The notes below the pieces were generated by a model. That model was not told where the DNA came from and searched no databases. It saw only the letters and a list, made by a program, of their open reading frames with translations. This document shows, piece after piece, positions 25,436 to 32,000 of a stretch of 32,000 nt of DNA (its first letter is position 1; every line of letters begins with the position of its first letter). Origin of the DNA: Formosa sp. Hel1_33_131 (lineage in GTDB: Bacteria; Bacteroidota; Bacteroidia; Flavobacteriales; Flavobacteriaceae); assembly GCF_001735745.1 (NCBI RefSeq), contig NZ_CP017260.1, positions 1,680,001 to 1,712,000 on the forward strand, in the 5' to 3' direction. Both the position numbers and the translations under genes were made by a program.

Positions 25436-26231
25436 ATCTATAGAACGGGTGTCTCGTCGCCCAAAATTGACGGTTGTAGGCGCAGGCCCAGGCGATCCAG
25501 AACTCATCACACTGAAAGCGATCAAAGCCATCAGTACGGCCAATGTTATTTTATACGATGCACTTGTGAATAGTGAACTATTAAAATATGCATCGTCTAT
25601 CGCTGAGAAGATTTTTGTAGGAAAACGCCGCGGCTGTTATTCCTATCAACAAGAACAAATTAATGATTTGATTGTCGCAAAAGCCAATCGTTATGGGCAT
25701 GTGGTGCGACTGAAAGGAGGCGATTCTTTTGTGTTTGGACGTGGCTCAGAAGAAATTGAGTTTGCACAACAAAACAACCTACAAACGGAAGTGGTGCCTG
25801 GGATATCTTCGGCCTTGGCAGTGCCCGCAGGACAAGGAATTCCACTCACCATGCGCCATGTATCTGAAAGTTTTTGGGTCATTACGGGAACCACCAAAAT
25901 GCATCAACTTTCTTCGGACATTAAAATTGCAGCACAATCAACCGCAACCATTGTCATCTTAATGGGGATGGGGAAATTAAGCGAAATTGTGGACGTCTTT
26001 TCTCAAGCAGGCAAAGAACAAACGCCTGTAGCCATCATTCAAAACGGAACAACGGATCACGAAAAATCTGGCTTTGGAACGATTGAAACTATTGAACATG
26101 TGGTGGCTGAAAAACAATTAAGCTCTCCAGCCATCATTGTGATTGGAGACGTCGTTGCCAACAGAGTTCAACTAGCCTCCATTTCAAAAGAAGTACAAAC
26201 CGATTCTTTATATCAAACTCATGGAATCTAG
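25419..26231 (+). CDS. cobA: Uroporphyrinogen-III C-methyltransferase (SUMT; siroheme branch)
   Basis: Motifs VGAGPGDPELITLKA, RLKGGDSFVFGRG, VPGISSA. The ATG at 25419 overlaps the sulfite reductase gene by 17 nt. An alternative GTG at 25449 (giving MSRRPKLTVVGAGPG) is equally plausible. Confidence 0.88.
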   Translation: MIWTLKSIERVSRRPKLTVVGAGPGDPELITLKAIKAISTANVILYDALVNSELLKYASSIAEKIFVGKRRGCYSYQQEQINDLIVAKANRYGHVVRLKGGDSFVFGRGSEEIEFAQQNNLQTEVVPGISSALAVPAGQGIPLTMRHVSESFWVITGTTKMHQLSSDIKIAAQSTATIVILMGMGKLSEIVDVFSQAGKEQTPVAIIQNGTTDHEKSGFGTIETIEHVVAEKQLSSPAIIVIGDVVANRVQLASISKEVQTDSLYQTHGI

Positions 26232-26802
26232 AAACAACCTGTACCCGATTTTTCTAAAAGCTAAGGCACTTCATGTGCTTATTATTGGCGGTGGAAATGT
26301 GGCGGAAGAGAAATTACATTTCTTGTTAAAATCAAGCCCAGATGCGAAAGTCACCATCGTTTCCCCAATGTTTAGAGAGGGCACCTTGGCTTTGGCAAAC
26401 TCTTTTGATGTAGAGTTGATTTACGACACCTATAATAACTCCTACTTAAAAGGGAAACATTTAGTGATTGCCACCACCGACATTCCCGAGGTCAATGTGG
26501 AGGTTTACAACGATTGCAAAGCGCGGCATATTCTCGTCAATGTAGCGGACAATCCGCCTTATTGTGATTTTTATATGGGAGGCATTGTGACCAAAGGGCA
26601 TGTTAAAATAGCCATTTCAACCAATGGACAATCGCCCACCACAGCCAAACGCTTGCGTCAATTTTTTGAAGATGTCATCCCAGAGAATGTGGATGATTTG
26701 GTTCAAAATTTAAATGAATTTAGAAAAACAATTAAAGGTGATTTTGAACAGAAAGTTCAAACCCTTAACGAATTTACAAAAGGATTAATTAGTAAAAAAT
26801 AA
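26221..26802 (+). CDS. Precorrin-2 dehydrogenase / sirohydrochlorin ferrochelatase (SirC/Met8/CysG-N type)
   Basis: 193 aa with Rossmann motif VLIIGGGNVAEEKL and the typical length and order. It overlaps cobA by 11 nt. Confidence 0.8.
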   Translation: MESRNNLYPIFLKAKALHVLIIGGGNVAEEKLHFLLKSSPDAKVTIVSPMFREGTLALANSFDVELIYDTYNNSYLKGKHLVIATTDIPEVNVEVYNDCKARHILVNVADNPPYCDFYMGGIVTKGHVKIAISTNGQSPTTAKRLRQFFEDVIPENVDDLVQNLNEFRKTIKGDFEQKVQTLNEFTKGLISKK

Positions 26803-26807
26803 ATAGA

Positions 26808-27857
26808 ATGATTCAAACAGATATTTTAATAATAGGCGCAGGACCCACAGGGCTTTTTACCGTTTTTGAAGCAGGATTGCTGAAACTGAGATGTCATATT
26901 ATAGATGCACTTCCACAAGCAGGTGGGCAGTGCTCAGAAATATACCCCAAAAAACCGATTTATGATATTCCAGGATTTCCTGAAATATTAGCAGGCGATC
27001 TTACCGAAAACTTGTTAGAGCAAGGCAAACAATTTGAACCAGGGTTTACCCTTGGAGAACGTGCTGAAACCATTGAAAAACTAGAAGACGGTAGTTTTAT
27101 TGTCACCACCAATAAAGGCACCAAACATGCGGCGCCTATTGTTGCCATTGCAGGAGGTTTAGGTTCTTTTGAACCGAGAAAACCAGATTTAGAACACCGT
27201 GATTTTTATGAAAATAGAGGACTTAATTATTTCATTAAAGACCCCGAAGTGTACCGCGATAAGCGGGTTGTGATTTCTGGAGGGGGCGATTCAGCCTTAG
27301 ACTGGAGTATCTTTTTGGCAGATGTCGCAAAAGAAGTTACTTTGATTCATCGACGAAACGAGTTCAGAGGTGCCTTGGATTCTTTAGAAAAAGTTCAAGA
27401 TTTGACAGCTTCAGGAAAAATTAATTTAATCACGCCTGCCGTGGTTACCAAAATTGGTGGGGAAGATCACATCGAAAACGTAGTGGTTTCCAAAGAAGGC
27501 GAAGAACTTAGGATCGATACGGATTATTTTATCCCCTTATTTGGATTATCGCCAAAATTAGGACCCATTGGCAATTGGGGTTTAGAAATCGAAAAAAACG
27601 CCATCAAAGTGGATACCTTGGATTATCAAACAAACATCCCAGGTATATTTGCGATTGGAGATGTCAACACCTATCCGGGGAAATTAAAGCTGATTCTTTG
27701 TGGATTTCACGAAGCAACACTGATGTGTCAAGCCGCCTATAAAATCATCAACCCGGGGAAGAAATACGTTTTAAAATACACCACCGTAAGTGGCATTGAC
27801 GGATTTGACGGCAGTCGGAAAGAAGCCCCAAAAGCGGTGGTCAAAGCACTTGCATAA
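26808..27857 (+). CDS. Thioredoxin-reductase-like ferredoxin-NADP+ reductase (YumC/TrxR-type FNR)
   Basis: 349 aa. FAD motif IIGAGPTGLF and NADPH motif ISGGGDSALDW. The TrxR redox-active CxxC is absent, and the C-terminal tail is typical of TrxR-type FNRs. Confidence 0.8.
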   Translation: MIQTDILIIGAGPTGLFTVFEAGLLKLRCHIIDALPQAGGQCSEIYPKKPIYDIPGFPEILAGDLTENLLEQGKQFEPGFTLGERAETIEKLEDGSFIVTTNKGTKHAAPIVAIAGGLGSFEPRKPDLEHRDFYENRGLNYFIKDPEVYRDKRVVISGGGDSALDWSIFLADVAKEVTLIHRRNEFRGALDSLEKVQDLTASGKINLITPAVVTKIGGEDHIENVVVSKEGEELRIDTDYFIPLFGLSPKLGPIGNWGLEIEKNAIKVDTLDYQTNIPGIFAIGDVNTYPGKLKLILCGFHEATLMCQAAYKIINPGKKYVLKYTTVSGIDGFDGSRKEAPKAVVKALA

Positions 27858-27881
27858 CTAATTAGAAAAACTCAATTTAGG

Positions 27882-28880
27882 ATGTCAAACATTTATAACG
27901 AACTACAAAAACGAATCTTGATTTTAGATGGAGCCATGGGAACCATGCTTCAAGACTATGATTTTTCTGAAGAAGATTATAGAGGCGAGCGTTTTAAGGA
28001 TTATCCTACTTCTTTAAAAGGAAACAACGATTTGTTAAGTTTGACACAACCCGATGCGATTGCCGAAATTCATCATAAATATTTTGAAGCCGGAGCCGAT
28101 ATCGTCGAGACCAATACTTTTTCAGGAACGTCTATTGCGATGGCAGATTACAACATGGAAAATTTGGTTTATGAGCTGAATTACGAATCCGCCAAAATAG
28201 CCAAACGTGTTGCAGATACATTCACCAAATCCGAGCCTCACAAACCCCGGTTTGTTGCCGGAAGTATTGGGCCGACAAACAAAACAGCCAGCTTATCCCC
28301 AGATGTCAACCGACCGGAATACCGCGCCATTACGTTTGATGAATTACGCATTTCGTATAAACTTCAAGTCGAAGCACTCATGGATGGCGGCGTCGATTTA
28401 CTGTTGGTAGAAACCATCTTTGATACCTTAAATGCCAAGGCAGCTTTGTTCGCTATCGAAGAGGTGAAAGAAGAACGCAACACAGACATTCCGATCATGG
28501 TATCGGGAACCATTACAGACGCTTCGGGGCGCACGCTTTCAGGGCAAACGGTCGAAGCTTTTTTGACTTCCATTTCACACATTCCCCTATTGAGTGTTGG
28601 GTTTAATTGTGCTTTGGGAGCCGATCAACTGCGTCCGTATTTACAACGCCTTTCCAACGAAACTAACTTTTATACCTCGGCACATCCCAATGCAGGGTTG
28701 CCTAATGCTTTTGGAGAATATGACGAAACTCCAGAAGAAATGACCGCCTTTATTGAGGCCTATTTTAAAGACGATTTAATCAATGTGATTGGCGGTTGCT
28801 GCGGCACCAATCCAGCGCATATCAAGTCAATTTTTGAAGCCTCTCAAAACTACCAACCACGTCAATTAAAACACAACTAG
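27882..28880 (+). CDS. Homocysteine S-methyltransferase domain protein (stand-alone N-terminal module of split methionine synthase)
   Basis: 332 aa. It aligns by eye to the MetH Hcy-binding barrel ([14 protein letters not shown]). The zinc-ligand Cys residues are present (GFNCALG and GGCCGTNP). The TAG stop is at 28878-28880. Confidence 0.88.
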   Translation: MSNIYNELQKRILILDGAMGTMLQDYDFSEEDYRGERFKDYPTSLKGNNDLLSLTQPDAIAEIHHKYFEAGADIVETNTFSGTSIAMADYNMENLVYELNYESAKIAKRVADTFTKSEPHKPRFVAGSIGPTNKTASLSPDVNRPEYRAITFDELRISYKLQVEALMDGGVDLLLVETIFDTLNAKAALFAIEEVKEERNTDIPIMVSGTITDASGRTLSGQTVEAFLTSISHIPLLSVGFNCALGADQLRPYLQRLSNETNFYTSAHPNAGLPNAFGEYDETPEEMTAFIEAYFKDDLINVIGGCCGTNPAHIKSIFEASQNYQPRQLKHN

Positions 28881-28882
28881 TT

Positions 28883-31561
28883 ATGGAGAGTGACTGTAAA
28901 AAATACCTGACCCTTTCTGGACTCGAGCCTTTAGTCGTCACTCCAGAATCTAATTTTGTAAACGTCGGTGAACGTACCAACGTGACGGGATCAAGAAAAT
29001 TTTTGAGGTTAATCAAAGAAGAAAAATACGAAGAAGCTTTATCCGTTGCTAGAGATCAAGTGGATGGAGGTGCGCAAATCATTGATGTCAATATGGACGA
29101 AGGGATGTTGGACGGCGTCTATGCGATGACCACTTTTTTGAATCTCATCGCATCCGAACCTGATATTTCCAGAGTGCCTGTTATGATCGATAGCTCTAAA
29201 TGGGAAATCATCGAAGCCGGACTGAAAGTCGTACAGGGAAAATGTGTGGTCAATTCCATCAGTCTTAAAGAAGGCGAACAAGAATTTATCCGTCAAGCCA
29301 AATTAGTCAAACGCTATGGCGCTGCTGTGATTGTGATGGCTTTTGATGAAACAGGGCAAGCAGATACCTACCAACGCCGCATCGATATTTGCAAGCGTTC
29401 GTATGATATTTTAGTGGAGGTTGTCAAATTTGCACCCCAAGACATCATTTTTGACCCCAATATATTTCCTGTGGCTACTGGAATGGACGAACACCGTAAA
29501 AATGCTTTAGACTTTTTTCAAGCCACCAAATGGATTCGTACCAACTTACCTTATGCCAATGTTTCTGGAGGGGTGAGTAATGTGTCATTTTCATTTCGTG
29601 GAAATAATATTGCTAGAGAAGCCATCAACTCGGCTTTCCTCTACCACGCGATTAAAAACGGCATGAACATAGGCATTGTCAATCCAACCATGTTGGAGAT
29701 TTACGATGAAATTCCTAAAGATTTATTGGAGTGTGTGGAGGATGTTTTGTTTGATCGAAAAGACGATGCTACCGAACGCCTTTTGGACTTGGCAGAAACC
29801 TTAAAAGGACAAAAAAACGATGTTGAGGTCGCTGTTTTAGAATGGCGAAATAAACCCTTACAAGAGCGCATCACTCATGGTTTGGTCAAAGGAATCGATG
29901 CCTTCATTGTAGAAGATGTAGAAGAAGCGCGCGTATTAGCTCAAAAACCCATTGAGGTTATTGAAGGCAATCTAATGATCGGGATGAATGTGGTGGGCGA
30001 TTTATTTGGCAGTGGTAAAATGTTTTTGCCACAAGTGGTCAAATCCGCCCGTGTGATGAAACGCGCCGTGGCACATTTACAACCCTTTATTGAGGCCGAA
30101 AAAGACGGAAAAATTGAATTTGCTGGTAAAATTTTAATGGCAACCGTCAAGGGCGATGTGCATGATATTGGAAAAAATATTGTGAGTGTTGTTTTAGGTT
30201 GTAATAATTATGAGATTGTAGATTTAGGCGTGATGGTGCCGCCTGAAAAAATCATAGAAACCGCCATCAAAGAACAAGTGGATATTATTGGGCTCAGTGG
30301 GCTCATTACGCCCTCTTTAGACGAGATGGTCTATGTATCCAAAGAAATGGAAAAGCAAGGGTTCAAAATCCCTCTAATGATTGGTGGGGCGACGACCTCC
30401 AAAGCGCATTCTGCGGTGAAGATTGCGCCCCACTATAGCCATACAGTCATTCATGTCAACGATGCGTCTAGAGCTGTGACTGTGGTAGGTGATTTACTCA
30501 AAAAAGACAACCAACAACACCTTAGCGATTTAAGAACGTCTTACGATGTATTTAGAGAGCAATTTTTAAGCAGAACCAAGCAAAAGGAATACATTTCTAT
30601 AGAGGAAGCCCGCTCCAAAAAATATAAAATTAACTGGGAACAAACGACCATTGTCAAACCTAAAAAATTAGGGATTCAAGTGATTCAAGAGTTTGACATT
30701 ACAAAACTTGAAGAATTCATTGATTGGAGTCCGTTTTTTAGAAGTTGGGACCTTCATGGGAAATATCCCAACATATTAACAGATGAGGTTGTAGGAGAAC
30801 AAGCTACCGAATTGTTTAAAGATGCTCAAGAATTGTTGCAACGTATTTTTTCAGAGAAATTATTGGGAGCCAAAGCCATTTTTGGATTGTTTCCAGCCAA
30901 TACAATCAATGATGATGACATTGAAATTTATGACGAAAACGGAGATATACAACATACCTTTTTAACGCTTCGTCAGCAACTCAAAAAACGAGCGGAAGTT
31001 CCCAATATCGCACTGTCTGATTTTATTGCCCCGAAGTCAACTGGGCAAACCGATTATATGGGTTGTTTTTGTGTGAGTACAGGTTTTGGAACCAAAGCAC
31101 TTGCCGAAGCATTTGAAGCAGATCATGACGATTATAACTCCATTATGATCAAAGCCCTCGCCGATCGATTGGCAGAAGCTTTTGCGGAATACTTACACAA
31201 AGAAGTACGGGTCAATCATTGGGGCTACGCTGCGGATGAAGCCCTTTCCAATACCGATTTAATCAAAGAAACGTACAAAGGCATTCGTCCCGCGCCCGGC
31301 TATCCTGCCTGTCCAGACCATTTGGAGAAACAAACGATTTGGAAACTTTTGGAAGTCGAACAACAGATAGGAGTGGAGCTCACCGAAAGTTTGGCCATGT
31401 GGCCAGCCGCCAGTGTCAGTGGGTATTATTTTGGAAATCCTGAAGCCAAGTATTTTGGTTTGGGAAAAATTACAGAAGATCAATTGATTGATTATTCAAA
31501 ACGAAGAGACATTAGTATCGAAGATGCTCAAAAATGGTTAAACCCAAATTTAGCAAACTAA
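28883..31561 (+). CDS. metH: Cobalamin-dependent methionine synthase lacking the Hcy domain (pterin-binding + B12 cap/binding + AdoMet-activation domains)
   Basis: 892 aa. It begins at the interdomain linker ([20 protein letters not shown]). B12 motif GDVHDIGKN with SGL and GG. The activation domain carries [12 protein letters not shown]. Confidence 0.92.
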   Translation: MESDCKKYLTLSGLEPLVVTPESNFVNVGERTNVTGSRKFLRLIKEEKYEEALSVARDQVDGGAQIIDVNMDEGMLDGVYAMTTFLNLIASEPDISRVPVMIDSSKWEIIEAGLKVVQGKCVVNSISLKEGEQEFIRQAKLVKRYGAAVIVMAFDETGQADTYQRRIDICKRSYDILVEVVKFAPQDIIFDPNIFPVATGMDEHRKNALDFFQATKWIRTNLPYANVSGGVSNVSFSFRGNNIAREAINSAFLYHAIKNGMNIGIVNPTMLEIYDEIPKDLLECVEDVLFDRKDDATERLLDLAETLKGQKNDVEVAVLEWRNKPLQERITHGLVKGIDAFIVEDVEEARVLAQKPIEVIEGNLMIGMNVVGDLFGSGKMFLPQVVKSARVMKRAVAHLQPFIEAEKDGKIEFAGKILMATVKGDVHDIGKNIVSVVLGCNNYEIVDLGVMVPPEKIIETAIKEQVDIIGLSGLITPSLDEMVYVSKEMEKQGFKIPLMIGGATTSKAHSAVKIAPHYSHTVIHVNDASRAVTVVGDLLKKDNQQHLSDLRTSYDVFREQFLSRTKQKEYISIEEARSKKYKINWEQTTIVKPKKLGIQVIQEFDITKLEEFIDWSPFFRSWDLHGKYPNILTDEVVGEQATELFKDAQELLQRIFSEKLLGAKAIFGLFPANTINDDDIEIYDENGDIQHTFLTLRQQLKKRAEVPNIALSDFIAPKSTGQTDYMGCFCVSTGFGTKALAEAFEADHDDYNSIMIKALADRLAEAFAEYLHKEVRVNHWGYAADEALSNTDLIKETYKGIRPAPGYPACPDHLEKQTIWKLLEVEQQIGVELTESLAMWPAASVSGYYFGNPEAKYFGLGKITEDQLIDYSKRRDISIEDAQKWLNPNLAN

Positions 31562-31571
31562 ACAGCCAATT

Positions 31572-32000
31572 ATGAAAGTTACAGACCATTTAAAAAACGC
31601 CAACGGAAAGACTTTATTTTCATTTGAAATTATTCCCCCTAAAAAAGGAAAAAATATTCAGGAGTTGTATAATAACATCGATCCATTGATGGAATTCAAT
31701 CCACCTTTTATTGACGTGACCACGTCAAGAGAGGAGTATATCTATATAGAAAAAAAGGGCTTGTTTGATCGGAAAATCACCAGAATGCGCCCCGGAACTT
31801 TGGGAATTTGCGCCGCCATCAAACACAAATACGAGGTGGATACCATTCCGCACGTACTTTGTGGCGGGTTCACCAAAGAAGAAACAGAGTATCTGTTGGT
31901 CGATTGTCATTATTTGGGAATTGACAATGTGATGGCACTTCGAGGCGATACGATGCCGCATCAAAAATATTTTGAACAGACCAAAGGCGGACATAACTAT
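31572..32000 (+). CDS. metF: 5,10-methylenetetrahydrofolate reductase, N-terminal part (runs off the window)
   Basis: The frame from ATG 31572 is open to the window end (143 codons): MKVTDHLKNANGKTLFSFEIIPPKKG...IDVTTSREE...PHVLCGGFTKEE...VMALRGD. It is not in the ORF track because there is no stop in the window. Confidence 0.85.
   Translation, partial: MKVTDHLKNANGKTLFSFEIIPPKKGKNIQELYNNIDPLMEFNPPFIDVTTSREEYIYIEKKGLFDRKITRMRPGTLGICAAIKHKYEVDTIPHVLCGGFTKEETEYLLVDCHYLGIDNVMALRGDTMPHQKYFEQTKGGHNY

Noticed and set aside
28878-28885. The metH split read as a frameshift pseudogene
   Set aside because: Both halves are full-length with all catalytic and ligand motifs. The break falls precisely in the interdomain linker, and an ATG follows 2 nt after the stop. 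I kept it as a finding because only comparison or re-sequencing can exclude an indel.
1-32000. Scan for CRISPR arrays, IS elements or transposases, integrases, toxin-antitoxin pairs, restriction-modification or other defence islands, and rRNA/tRNA genes
   Set aside because: There are no regularly spaced direct repeats and no ORFs with transposase, integrase, nuclease or ATPase defence signatures. No conserved tRNA or rRNA sequence blocks were recognised. Every long ORF except two (9597-10109 and 14850-16400) has a clear housekeeping or surface-protein assignment.

Overview
This is a compact, low-GC chromosomal segment that looks like core genome of a Flavobacteriia (Bacteroidota) bacterium. 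The taxonomic call rests on the gldE-gldD gliding-motility pair in a mutY-ssb-gldE-gldD arrangement, TAnnTTTG-type promoter motifs, very short intercistronic gaps, and lipoproteins carrying thrombospondin-type-3 and LVIVD-like repeats.

Layout:
- 1-2473 (-): two co-transcribed surface lipoproteins. One runs off the left edge and is missing from the ORF track.
- 2598-3656 (+): thiL.
- 3660-7124 (-): mutY, ssb, gldE, gldD.
- 7257-9475 (+): HU, an unlisted 29-codon hyper-basic ORF (bS22-like), then RNase E/G behind a structured leader.
- 9526-10215: an AT-rich orphan secreted-protein gene flanked by two direct copies of a hairpin-containing repeat.
- 10432-14702 (-): leuA-leuC-leuD-leuB.
- 14850-16400 (+): a 516-aa all-helical protein of unknown function.
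- 16476-16636: a clear SAM-I (S-box) riboswitch with a terminator hairpin.
- 16721 to beyond 32000 (+): at least 14 tightly packed same-strand genes. In order they are metY, metX, a second Cys/Met PLP enzyme, DUF2061, cysH, cysD, cysN, sulfite reductase, cobA, a sirC-like gene, a TrxR-type FNR, a split metH (two ORFs), and metF (runs off the right edge, also missing from the track).

I found no rRNA, tRNA, CRISPR array, transposase, integrase, or recognisable defence or toxin module.

I do not see convincing evidence for a wholly new multi-gene system. The window is mostly housekeeping. The items most worth a second look are:
- the riboswitch-headed sulfur super-operon and its atypical parts: the DUF2061 membrane protein, the C-terminally extended sulfite reductase paired with FNR instead of CysJ, a Fe-S-less CysH with no cysC nearby, and the split MetH;
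- the tiny basic ORF;
- the repeat-flanked AT-rich orphan gene;
- the 516-aa unknown.

All calls come from reading the sequence and translations by eye. RNA-element coordinates are approximate.
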